Shown here: in pieces, positions 1 to 13,100 of the stretch | How the letters are laid out: every line of letters begins with the position of its first letter | How positions within the stretch are numbered: the stretch's first letter is position 1 | From: Balanoglossus misakiensis | Lineage: Eukaryota > Animalia > Hemichordata | Reading direction: 5' to 3' | Length of the DNA stretch: 64,000 nucleotides | Assembly: GCA_040954595.2 (NCBI GenBank) | Contig: CM082590.2 | Coordinates: 4,526,001 to 4,590,000 of the forward strand | Position numbers and translations under genes: made by a program | The notes under the pieces: generated by a model | The model's database searches: none | The model's input: only the letters and a program-made list of their open reading frames with translations | Told to the model about the DNA's origin: nothing

Positions 1-2942
1 GTTCTGTCCGACCTCAGACATTTACCGACTGTGTTCAAGACTGGTTTTTAAACGAACCGGGTGAATTATTCGTGATTGAATTAGGCCTATGTCCGCTGTC
101 ACGTTGTAGGCTGCCGGGCTGGCCGCCCTAACTAGCTACCGCCCAGGGAAGTGTGTTACGATGTACTGTAGGACTAGACTAGACTGGTTTTTGGTGTGGT
201 CTGTGGTTGCTTGAGCTTGGACTAAGTGTTGTCGCAGGTGCCTTTGGAAAGCTAACTTCAGCGTTCTGGGTCTCTAGCAACTTGAGTTAGAGATCTGGTT
301 CGGGGCACTAGCGTCAGTGCTGGTTCAACCTTGGGTCAACATTGGTCTTTTCATATTGTTTGTTTTTCTCTCGGTTCCGTCGTAATTGCAACGGGCCAGT
401 CTGCTCAGATGGCGATGTAAATATCAAAAGCAGTCGATAGTGGTTAGGTCAGAGTGCAGTGTTGATGATATTTCAAGCGACGGAAGGGCTAGTTCCTTGG
501 AAAATGTATGCAAAACTTGCAGTAGAATATAATTGCATGAATATATCAGTGATAGTCTGCACATAAAATTAAATTGAAAACTCAAATTACCGAGTTGAAA
601 GTAAATCTTCTGGGCGCATTTATTAACCTGTAGACGTGTAAATGTTTCTTGATTGGTGTATAGTAGGCCCGGGGTCGTGTTAATGGAAATCAATAGATTA
701 TGGTGATCCAATTTCCCTAATGGTACGAAAAGGGAGGGATCTACATTCAGCGGTCAGTTGCTGAGCCTGAATGCAGTGAAGCAGGCCGTCTGATCGCAAC
801 CACCGAGGAGACCTTATTGGTCCATTGCAGGTCACGTGACAAACATGTGACTACGAATAGCAAGGTTGCAGACGTATCGAGTATGGGAACTAAGGGATGG
901 CCCATTAAATTTGAGTGTGTTCATGAATTATACCTGATATTTTTCATGAATATTTTTTTTATGAATCTGCTTGTCTAATTGCTTTGAATTTTGGTAGGTG
1001 TATTCCGTCTGGTGATTGAAGTAAGATATTGTAAAATTCTGGCAATATTTGCAAATTTGGGTTTTTGGCAAGTTTTGAACAAAAATCGTTTTCTCTGAAA
1101 CTGCTTGTCAGATTACTTTGAAAGAATGTTGGTTACATTTGCCCCCCCCCCCCTAACCATGAATTGCTCCCTAAGCCCCTGGCCTCGCAAATTATTCGTA
1201 CAATGTGCACTTTCATCCATTAAGGCTTAGATTATTCCTCAAATAATTTAGCAAAAACATAAACAGAAAATAATTTCAAATAAATGCAACACAATTATAA
1301 TGATGACCAATGGGATATTCATTGTCCTATCATAGAACATTGAAAGGGTATATAAATAAGGCTTCCATCAAAAGGTACTACCTAATTAAATGTAGATTTA
1401 ATTTTTTTTTTCAGTTAAAATGAATATAGTGCAAACAAATTCTGAAAATATTGTGTCAATTTTATTCAAACAAAATTGCCAATATTGGAATGAATTTTTC
1501 AAATACATGTCATCAATAATTGAAATATCAACCTGTCTTCTTTATTAGTATATGTAGATATCTTAAAAAACTATAATTCTTATTAATATGCCCAGAAGTT
1601 TGGGGTTTTAAGAATCACGGAAATGTTATTTTTGGTACTAAAATTCAAAAGTTTGATCGTGCTTACAAATTTCGAGATAGTGCATTCAAGCAAAGAAAAC
1701 AACTAAACATATTTTGAACTAAAGCAATTTGTAATACATTGTTTGTGGATGATTTTCCACATTCTGAAAAGTAAACTTTCCCTTCGACTATAACCATACC
1801 AAAAAATAAGGAAATGTGACTGTAAAAATAAGGAAATGTGACTGTAATCTTTACACAATCTTTAACTGAATGTGTTGGCCAGTATTGTCAGCACCAACAA
1901 TCTTGTCATTTGAGATGGTTGCATTTTCCTTCACATTATACAAACCCATTCGTTTGTACAGCTAACCTTGTCAGTAATACTCAGAAACTACATTTAAACA
2001 CACATCTCATATGTCTGGCTGAAACACAAAGCATATTCAGGGCTAAACGATATATCACATATACTGTGATAGTAAAACTTGACTAAATGTCATTTCTAGT
2101 CAAAACAAAAACATCACATACAGTGATTCTTATACTTGATTATATGTCACTATTCTATGCACAAAACGTCACTTAGAGTGATAATGATCCTTGAGTAACA
2201 CATACAAGTACTTAATTTTGTGTCAGCATCATATTTGTAGATATGTTATATTCAAATATGTTCATCACATATGTCCGGCTGAAACACATGGCATATTCAC
2301 GGCTAAAAGATACATGTATATCACATATACTGTGATAATAATACTTGAATAGTACTACAACTATTGATTCTACCATTGGGCCATACTTGGATTATTTTAT
2401 ATTATTTCAAGTACAGCGAACCCGAGCCAATCCGGTAAAATTTGTGTAACCAGAACACATTTTCAATTCTCTTCCATTGAGAACCACATGTTACAGGAAT
2501 ATCTATAAACCTGGAACCTCTGCAAACAGACCATTATCTTCCACCCTTTTGGTATCCACTAAAGACTGGAATTTTACTGGAATTTATAACTGCTGCAAGA
2601 TAGTAAACCAATGTGCCTTTAACATACAGTTTTCATTCACAATTGTTCCACAGCTAAATATATGACCACTGTCCGTGTGACATTTCACAGGCCATCTTTG
2701 TTATTGAGAAGACAGTCATGGTTGGAGGGTGGTTTGGTGTATTGGCTTCATTTTCTCTGCGGGGATAATTACTGTATGTGTGTTGGGAACTTTTCATTTG
2801 CACACACCAATTCCGTTACTCATTTAAATTCTCAGACATTGCAACAATTTTCATGGAAATATTGCAATCCATTGCAATACAAACCAGAAATTGTTATACT
2901 GACGTCGCAGCGGTCTGCTTCTGAGATGTTGATGTCATCATC

Positions 2943-4190
2943 TTAAGACGTTAGATGTAGATGAGCCATGTCACCTTCAACACCATGATGATCAGCTGAC
3001 ACACCAAGTTTTCGGAACATCTCATGTATTTCGTATCTGGCAGCGTAGACATCACAACTTTCTTGCTCAAGAATTTTAACCAGGTTGGAAAAATTGCTCT
3101 TACATAATGTGTTATCTGCAGTTGGCTGTTGGCCTGCACGTTGTTGTCCTCCACAGCCCTTGGACCAAACAGATAAAGCATGTTGTGTGGGAGATTGAAT
3201 CGATGCACTGTATTGCCATGAAGCCACCTCCATTTGAGGGATCCCCATCAAGTCTGCCATAGCCCTGTAGTCATTGCCGGGGAAACGGATGATATCCATG
3301 ATATTAGAAAATATCTTGAGGGCATCCTTCAGCATCCACTTGACATCACTTTCATATCCATATTTACGGAGGAATGTGGTATCATATCCAGCACAGAGCA
3401 AGTCAGTGACAGCTTCTACTTCACCTGTTTGCTCATCATACACTCCACTTCCATTCTGCTCAGCTTCTGTGATTTTCTGCATTGGGTAGAATCTGACATT
3501 CTCCGGGTTGCTGTGAATTCGCAGCGAGTGGGCGCTGAGAATATGGGTGTCGACCTCGATACCCGGACAGCAGATCTCTTTGACGTCATGGATATCTTTG
3601 GTCACCATTTTCAGTAACTGGTAACATGCCCCTATGTCTTCTCCCTTTTCTGCTCTGACACAGGTGTGGATTGCCTTCCGTCCATCTGTCATGTACACCA
3701 ATCCTTCTACGATGTGGCAGACTTTGATACCATTCTTCCATATTCCACTGGGAGGGTAACCCATTTTCTCAAAGTGACGGTAGAGCCTGGTCTGTAGGCG
3801 TGGGAACAAACCTGGTGTGAAGCTGTCTGTTTCATCATGGCATTCGATTCTTCTACCAAAATAGTGATGCTTAGTGGGATCCGATTCCCATTGATTTGCT
3901 GGCATTTTATCTTCCAAGAGTCCAGGGATGATGTAAGATTTTGGATTGGACTCATCTTCATGGAGAAGCTCAAAATGCTTGAGAAGAGCCATGACTAAGT
4001 TGGTATCACCGTAACCACTGAATACTCGAGCAATTTCCTCCTCGTGATAGAACTTCTGATTTTTTAGCAGTTTGTCGCTGTATTGAACGAAGATATCAGT
4101 TGCCATCAGTCGACCTAAGATTTCTGAACACAACCACTGACCATCAAGAACAATGATATCATCACCAATTGGATTCTTGACAAAGATAAT
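2943..4190 (-). CDS. Gene A terminal exon, COR plus death domain
   Basis: ORF 2943..4211 entered at acceptor ttgcag|ATT. Has COR motifs and a death-like tail (NDYRAMADLMGI..SPTQHALSVW..NLVKILEQ). Confidence 0.93.
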   Translation of the reverse strand: MIFVKNPIGDDIIVLDGQWLCSEILGRLMATDIFVQYSDKLLKNQKFYHEEEIARVFSGYGDTNLVMALLKHFELLHEDESNPKSYIIPGLLEDKMPANQWESDPTKHHYFGRRIECHDETDSFTPGLFPRLQTRLYRHFEKMGYPPSGIWKNGIKVCHIVEGLVYMTDGRKAIHTCVRAEKGEDIGACYQLLKMVTKDIHDVKEICCPGIEVDTHILSAHSLRIHSNPENVRFYPMQKITEAEQNGSGVYDEQTGEVEAVTDLLCAGYDTTFLRKYGYESDVKWMLKDALKIFSNIMDIIRFPGNDYRAMADLMGIPQMEVASWQYSASIQSPTQHALSVWSKGCGGQQRAGQQPTADNTLCKSNFSNLVKILEQESCDVYAARYEIHEMFRKLGVSADHHGVEGDMAHLHLTS

Positions 4191-7100
4191 CTGCAACAAA
4201 CAAGAAGACAATGAAATAAACTTAAGATGTTAACAAACGTTGATTGAAAGAAAATAGTATATTGATGGATGAGATGTAAATGGTGGATGAACGAATAAAT
4301 CAATGAAGCAATGAAAAATGATTGTTGAAAGGACAGGTAGATGGATGGATGGGTGGGTGTATGTATGTATGTATGTATGTATGTATGTATGGGATGGGTC
4401 AAATGGATTGACGGATTGAGTGATTCATTGATATGTGACTGTCTGGCTGGATGTTTGCAATAAATATGTGAGGTGTAATGACAGACACTGATTGGGTGGC
4501 CGGATTGGTGGATGAACTATTTGCTGTATATCTACATTTACCTCGCCAATGCTATCCAGGTAATATGTAGCTGTTCTCAGGAAGGGCTCTTTAACCAATG
4601 GATCAATTCCCTGTACTTTTTCCACATACGTCTTCCAGTACAGGACAGGGAATTTAAGAAGCTTGTTATACCATATTGGCTTCTTGTCGACAATTTCTGC
4701 ACATAACCTTGGTATTGTTTCTTCCTTCTGTAATGCAATGAAGGAATGGAAAATTATGATGAGTAGCTATATTTTTAAATCATCGATTCAATGAACTCAG
4801 CCATATAAAATATGGGACCAAAGGCCATTCCCAAAATGTCAAATGCAATATAAAAGTATATATTTCCATCAACATGCCACTACATAATGCTTTTTGATCA
4901 CTTCTAAACATCTGGAAACTTTCGGTAATCATATCTGTGTTGGTAAGTGTGTATAGCAACCATCACCAACACCAAGAAAATGCCCTTAGTATTTCGTGTA
5001 TTTATATATTATGTGACTATATAACTTGGTTCCCTGAGTGAACATGTGGTAAACGGAAAGGTGATGAAAGTATGGAGAAATATTTACAGGAAAAACTCCA
5101 TACAGATGACGATTTGATTGGAGTGATTAATCTAACCTGGCCAATTGTTGTGAGAAATGTTGGATTGATCACTCCACTGAAATTATCATTCTGCTGTAGT
5201 GTTTTTTATCATTTTTGATTGGACAGATATTAAAATCAATATGATAAAAAATAGTTATGCATTTATGTTAAACTCACCTTGAACCCACGTAAGATCACAC
5301 GTAGTCTGCCCATTGCTTCACTTTGAGAATCATGACAATTTACCAAAACTGTCTCATCGACGATATTCAAATAATCGCCAAATTTCTTCTTCAACTCTTT
5401 GCGTACCTTTTCTACAACCAATTTGGCTATAATAGAAAACATAAAATAAAAAAATGGGTTATGGTAATTACGGATGTACATGCAAAACGTAAACTGGTAG
5501 ACTGCGTGAACTTATGGGCATGTCACTATTCCAATAAAATAGAAAAAAAATTGGTATCGGTATTTAACTAGTATTCAAAGAAGGCACCTTCTGACTAAAA
5601 GATTGTTATTAATTATGTCAAATCTTTTTGTAAAAAAACATTATCGTGCATCACCTTACAATGTTTCGATAATTATATACCCCAACCCATCAAAACTCAT
5701 GTGTATGTAGAAACAGATAGGTCTGCTGGTCTAAATCAATATTGGTTTCCATTACATTCTAGATTGTGTGTGAGTGTGTGTGCATGTACCACTGTGTTTA
5801 ACAGTATATACATGTTGTAACTGCACTCAAACAAATTGACTCACCACTCTCTTGTTGAGATTCATCCAACATATCAGCTCTACTTGCGATCAATATCACA
5901 GTTGGTTTGGTGTCTTCACTCCGAGACGAAGCATCATCACTCTTTAGTATGCTGCTTATCATGCCTTTGAAGAACTGGGCCCATATGTTGGTCTGAAAAT
6001 TATCACAATCAATTAATTACCCAATTGCAATCAATCAATCAATCAATCAATTTAGTAATTAATTAATTAACATTTAATGTAATGCAAGTGTTTTATAGCT
6101 AATGGGCTAGTTTTAATATAACACAAGTAAGTATTGATTTGTTTAAATGTTAAAGTGTTGTGGCATGTTTTACATGTGTTGAGGGTTTTCACCCAAAATA
6201 GTTTGATTGATTTCACAACTAAAATCTGCAGAATCGTCACTCAAGGTATGGATTGATTTGGATACACTACCGTCCAGTCATTTAAGAAAATTCACATGTG
6301 ACCTTCGCTTCCATTACATTAAGATTGTCTTGGGGGTGCAATTGGCAGAATATTTCATAATAGTGGCACTGTAATGCCACACATAAACCATACTAAGTTC
6401 AGAGCTTACAAAAACATGCAAGAAATTATGACAGTTTGTATCTGTTAGGCATTGCATCTGTGGACCACTCGATCCCCCAACCCGTCCTCAAATGACTAGT
6501 TCTATATTTCGACATAGTAGGTTCAAAAGTAGATTTCATTCCGGGGTGTGTGTTGGTGTTTGTTTGTTTGTGTGTAGCCGTTCTCAAATGACTAGTTCCA
6601 TATTTGGACATACATGTAGTAGGTTAAATTGGACATACTTTACAGTTTCTATTTCGTTCCGGTGAGTTTGTGTGTGAAGGGTCATGTCTCACCTCTTTCA
6701 GTGCTTGTTCCAACATCTCTATAGGCTTCTTCAAATGTTTTGGGTCATCTTTCACCATTTCTGTTATTTTAAACAGAAGCATAAACACAGCATCTTCTGC
6801 TCTCAGGAACATGTTGTGTGTCACGTAGTACTCACACTGTCCAGCAAAATCCATGACAATGTATTCTCCAACCTTTGGTATGTCGACAGTTTTTACATCA
6901 ATACCAGGTGTCGGTGTGTACCCAGTCTTGTCCGGTGGAGGGGCTTTTTCTGCAGCTCGTCGAGTCACATTCGCTTTCCAGAAGCCCTGTATGAAAGCAA
7001 TACACACAAAACTGTAGTAAGCGTTTGTGTTGACATTGACACTGATGGGCGAGTAACACCACCTGTATCATTTAAGCAAACTATTTCACCTGGACATCAT

Positions 7101-10100
7101 GATAATGTTTAATAGATTTTAATAACAATAGTTTGGTGAACTGTTTATGTATGCTGTACATTACAACATCCAGAAAAAGTTCATAAATGAATAATTTAAT
7201 AGTATCATTGCAATAGATAAAAAACTTGAAACATTGATGAAACCTTTGAAGTTAAAAACAGTGTGACCATACAATGTTTGACAAAGATACAGGTATAGAT
7301 ATGAAAATCATTGTTACCCGTTGCAAAGATTTCACAAGGGTTGTCTTTCCAACACCACCAAATCCACAGACATGAACCCTGCTACTATTTCGGGTGATGC
7401 CTGGTTCTCTCATCAAAACACTGAATTCCTTCTTCCTCTGTTCCGCCTGATGTTAACAAAAAGAACAACGTTAACAGCAAGCGACAGCATTCTCAGAAGA
7501 CTTGCCAAATATTGTCAAAATGGACTGTGATATCAAATGAACACTACACTGGCATTGATGACAAAATTTGGCTGCGACAGCCTAGTCATCATACATATAA
7601 CAAATCAGTTCATTTAGATATATGAAATGTATTTCAAGAGTTTATCAAAAGTGAAAGTCGTTCATCAGCTTAAATCTGGTAGTGTTTGATAACGTTTAGT
7701 CACATTCGTTAAATTCTGGGGTGTTATGCACATGTCAAAGTGCGGTGATTATGAATTGTGGATGAAACAATGAATTAGAACAATTATACCTGTAAGTATT
7801 ATTTATTGGTAACAGTAACATGAAAGGAACAATATTGTTGGTATTGTCAACAAGTGCACAAGTTCCTATTACAGACCCTAAAGTAAGGAGTACAATATTT
7901 TAGACCTACCAATTAATTTGTGTTAAATGAAACCACATTTAGCAACAACAATGGTTTCATAAGCATTACTTTGAAATATAAATTAGACTCGGAGAGGTAA
8001 AAACTAATCTCCACTCTCCAAAGTGTTTCTTTCGGTTTCTGTTCTGGAAATGAATTACTTGATATCATTGATGGTTGTATTACAAGTAAAAGCGTTTCTT
8101 TTGAATATGACAGTTACTTTGTATTTATGGGAAATATTACCTTCAGCAGGGATTTGACTCTTCTGTCGTTTGCAACATCCAGAGGTGTCTTTCCTTCCTG
8201 AAATGTGGAGTAAAGATTTTAAGCCAATTGATTTGATTTGGTTAAAACTGCTTCATGATGTTTTATATGGACTCTTCACAAATCTATATTGCAAAACACG
8301 TCTCTGGTTGGAATTGTTTGCGTATCGAAATGTGACAGTCGGGACAATTGTCATGGTTTTCTAGTGTTAAACTTTAAAAGTGAGTTCTCGTGGCGTTTAG
8401 ATTGTGCGCGAGGGTATCTACTTTGATTAACACATTTCCCAAAATGCCTCACTAATCTCTGCAAAAGAAAAAAAAAATGTCTGCTATGGATAATAGTTAA
8501 GCGAGTTTCACTGACAGTACAATTTCAACTACTAGTATAATGGTGACAGTACATGTTTTGTGCGAGAGAGGATGGTGTCAGAAGGAATGAAATGAGACGA
8601 CATTACGAACGTGATAGTTCGACTTGGCGAGCAAACATGATAGTACAAGTATCATATCATCAGTAGGAATGCCGCATTCGAGCCGTTTGGATCCCTAATC
8701 CAAGTCGCACCCACAATGCACTGCTGTTAAAGTGGGGCGGCATAACAAAAAATTTCATATCGATTGTGCATTTTGTGATAAAAGCTCAGATGGGTGTTTA
8801 TGTGTAATTAACTCCATCGGCCATGTAACGCCGGGAACACACAGACTTGTACGTAGGGCTAGGAACACACATTCTCACACTCCTGGCATGCTCTCACTGA
8901 ATCGAAAGCTGTATATGACGCGAGCGCTGATTGGTTGACAAAGCGTTCTTTCGCTACGCGCGCTAAATGTTATCCAATGGCGCGATGTGTATTACAGGCA
9001 CAGAACTATAACGTGCCCCCAGACGACAGTTCCAGAGTCATTTATTCAATGTTTTTAACGATTTTGGCTAATTTGTGGCCGTGTGAGAAAAATAATCTCA
9101 CACACCAAGGACCTGGGATCATATTTCTCACACTCGTCGGGGATATTCTGTCCCACACTCGCCTGCGGCTCGTGTGGGACAGAAAATCCCCGACTCGTGT
9201 GAGAAATATGATCCCAGGTCCTTGGGAGTGTGAGATTCTATTATTCCCATCACATACGACACATACGACACAACCCAACACAGAACTCAGCATGAACTGA
9301 ACAAAGCAATTGCTCCATCGAGACCATGACCGTATTTACATGTAGACTCATTTGAATGTCAATTTTGCATTGGTTTTATGGCCGCCAAGCTGAAAGTTTT
9401 TGTTTCAGGGTTTTGACAAATATCTTTGGAGTAGGCAAGTGACAGGCAAACATCAGGAAACAGATTATGTCTCATGACACGCGGCGACGGTGTGATTTCC
9501 AACATTACCTACACAGTCATAAATTGCGACAACATGTGGTGGGAAGGTATTTAAAATAAAATTGGGCGTGACTACGGCAACACGTGGCAAAGGCAAGCCA
9601 AATTCTGAGAGGAACATTGCGATCGTACTGCTTCCCAACAGCCAGCAATCTGGACTTATCAACTGAAGACATAGCTGTAGAAACGCAGCTGTTCCGCCGG
9701 GGGGAGGGGAGAGATGCGGGGAATTAGTATATCCCCCCTTGGTGGAACAGCTGCATTTCCACACTCCATAACTCCGATTTTCAGAAATTTAATTCCACTT
9801 TCCTCGGAAAATTCGGAACGTGTTTTGCTTTCCAAAAATCTACGCTGGACGCTCATTTGTGTATTACGCCCTTTACGGTAACAATAAACTTAATCCGGAA
9901 ACGCCTACACTAGATGATTTCATGTCTTCGTACCAACACAGAGAAATAAACTGTCGGGTTTAATCCCCCTGAAATTTTTCCTTGCCTTTATGCAAAATAC
10001 AGAATGATTTTTCAAGACATTGACCAACCGCGTTATGGCAAGTGTCCACGGCTGTTTAGCCAACATCGCGAAACTTTTTATAGGCTTATATTGAGCATTT

Positions 10101-13100
10101 GTGAACAGAGAAACAGTTAGGCGTAGGTCACACTATATAGGGCTCACTCGATATACTCATGTCATCAATGGCGCGATTCAAGCGCCTGTACCACCTGTTG
10201 CAGTCATCTCTACAACAAGCTGACTGACTAAATACTTGGAATCGGACAACAGTGTGATAACATTTATCAGCGGAATCTAACCGACGTGCCAAGCGCAATG
10301 CAATGCGGGGCCGGGTTAACGCAGATTTGAGTCTTTGCAAGGCTGGCTTCTCTAGCTTGAGTGGTCGTTGCGTCGAGCGCTCTGCATGGATGATACACGT
10401 CCTCCTATACCAGCGTGCTGTTATCAGTAAGAGGGGTTCTCGTTTATTGGTCCTATATTACGATACACACTAATATTTACATATAAATCTGCTGATCTTG
10501 ATCTCACATTCAACAAAACAAACACATTAATTTCTCTTTTTTATCATGACAAACTGTGCTTTTAAAGAAAAAAACATTGAAATATTTTTTTTAAAAATCC
10601 ATAATTACCAAGACAGGCTGTCATAGGTAATATTATGTTGTAACGGCTGCGTTGTTGGGAATAAGGCAGAGGGATAGACGTTAATTATTTATTTTTATTT
10701 ACCTATGTTCAAAAATGTGTGTCATTGATAATAAAACATGCCAACTGATGTGTGAGTGTAGAATAGAATTAGTGTGATTACAGTAACTTACGTTGGACTG
10801 CACATTGATGCTGGCATTAGATTGCAGTAGAAGTCTCACCACGTCACCATGTCCTCCCCATGCTGCACAGTGTAACGGTGCCCGACCATTCTGCGGGAAT
10901 ACAACAAAAAGGTGTCACTGAAAATTCCTGACTATAAGCGTATAATGGAACAAGCAGTGTGAGACACATTCTGAACAATCATTTGTAAGATGGCACAACA
11001 TGTTTTGCCGAAACTTTGTTGTTGTTGTTGTTGTTGTTTTTTAGGGGGGATAAATTAATAGTAGGATACATCCCAGTCCCCCACGCAATGGACATAAATA
11101 CATGATGTGGTGATAGGGCTCTGTCCTTTGAGGGTACATTAACATTAAAGGTATTCTTTTACTTGAGATTTATGATACGCCCGTGTGTTGCTTTCATTTG
11201 AAGATGCCCTCAGTACAATACCCTCAAACTGATAATGATCTAAATATTATAAAAGCCTAGACAGCAGTTTCATTACCCCTTAAGAGTATTGGAATTAGCC
11301 AATCAAAGAACGCCAATTATGAATGAAAGGTAAGAAATATGCAGAACCACTATTGACATTCAAATGATTATGGTAGACTTCAGCCAGACAACTTTTTAAA
11401 GTCTCGCTAGCCAGACCTCTCTCTCTGTCATTCGATGGCTTAGCCACACGAAGTGCGCCACGAGCGGTGAAGCCACAAGAATCGAGCATCGGAGACAGCG
11501 ACACCACTTTTTATTTTATTTATTTATTACACAGATCAACGGGCAAACCCACTTACAGATCTGGGACTTGTGGCGCCCTTCGTGTGCCTGGCCTCGACGT
11601 CGACGGATAGCGAGGTTTGGCCAGTGAGAATGACGTTTCTTTAGTCAGTTCCATAAAGGTAACTGCATGATGACGGATTATGAAAGAATCCTACTTTGTA
11701 GATTTTCGGTTGAAAAGTCATCCCAAGTTTGTTTATTTTTCCGTTGAAAAATGACCCTTCTGGGTGGCACATACCCGTACACTTTCCTATGGGAGTACCC
11801 CCGGCCTGTTGTGCAGGATACATGGCACCCCTACAATTTACAATTATTTATTTTCGGAGTTTCATTTCGCTTCGCCGTTGTTACTGACAGCTATTACACT
11901 ACAGTTTGTTTAAATATAAAATAAATGTGTCATCGTGCATGTAGCAATAGTTCATGGTTAGGTCTCTAACTTTCAGGTCAAAAAGTTAACTATTGGTAGA
12001 TTATTTATAGAAAAATCTAATTACGAATTTCAATATGAACACCCTGATCCCAACCTGTCGAATTACTCGACGTTTTAATAAAATATTGCTTTATAGTGGT
12101 ATGATATTCAAAAGTGAATTTGTTGGTCTCAAAAGAGATAAGAATTTTACTTGGCCGCAGGTATAGCCACGGTCCAAAAACTCTCCCTCAAACTCTTTCA
12201 TACTCTTCATAATCCTGTTATGTGTGTTGGTTTATAGCAGTAACACTAGTTTCGTGATTGACATCCCGAAGGTCGTCATCACTACAAAATATAAGTACAG
12301 TGTCACCTTTTTGGCCGTTCGGGCTATTGGTGAGTGAGCATGTAAAGCCACTTACCCTATTCTTAGCATTGACGTCAGCTCCGTGGTCAATCAACACTTG
12401 TGCCACTTCCGGTTGATTTGCTTCGGCCGCTACATGCAATGCAGTGTATCCAGACTGAAATTGACAAATTCATTTGAATTACAACAAGCTATGTTCCAAT
12501 GTTGGACTTGTAAGGTGACATGGCTATAATTTCACTGGAATCGATTTGTAACTGTAAGTGTTGACTGATATTATGAGTTAAACGTGTATAGCATCTATAG
12601 TTGTTTCAGACCAAAACTCTATTGTTTCAGAGAACATTTATAACCTGTCCTGTAGATATTTCTAACAAGTGTAATACTATAAAATTCTAATATAATGTAG
12701 CGCACTATACATGTTTATGCACACTCAAAGGTGCAACAGGTCTTAATATCATTTCATAAATTACATTGATATGTTCAAATTTTCAATCACACCAAATACT
12801 CTAACAGATAAACATGGCGGACGTGATACACCCGACACACACAATCCCCTGTTTCTCTGTTGATGTAAGTTAATATTTAGGTATAGCCTGCTATGAACCC
12901 AACGTTGGTACGTACGGTACATCAATGTTATAATTATTTAATGTTGCTAGACAACATCAGAAAAAGAACTGTCTAAACCAGTCTGGACATTTCTCTCAAA
13001 TTTGTCTTTTTTTAAAGCGTTTCTGGTATCCATTGAATGGAACTGAAATCACATATGTCTGGTTCACTGAATTTAACAAAAAACATAAAAGGAAAATTGT

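Noticed and set aside
3234-3617. Plus-strand ORFs opposite coding exons (also 6684..7112, 48001..48362, 50115..51029)
   Set aside because: These are antisense shadows of real exons with no recognisable motifs.
4191-4211. ORF-track start of the 422-aa ORF as a real initiation site
   Set aside because: It lies in the polypyrimidine tract before a splice acceptor; the ORF is a terminal exon.
8198-8460. Strong-looking acceptor near 8459 extending exon 7
   Set aside because: All three frames hit stops before 8197, and the acceptor at 8197 gives the ankyrin cap in frame.
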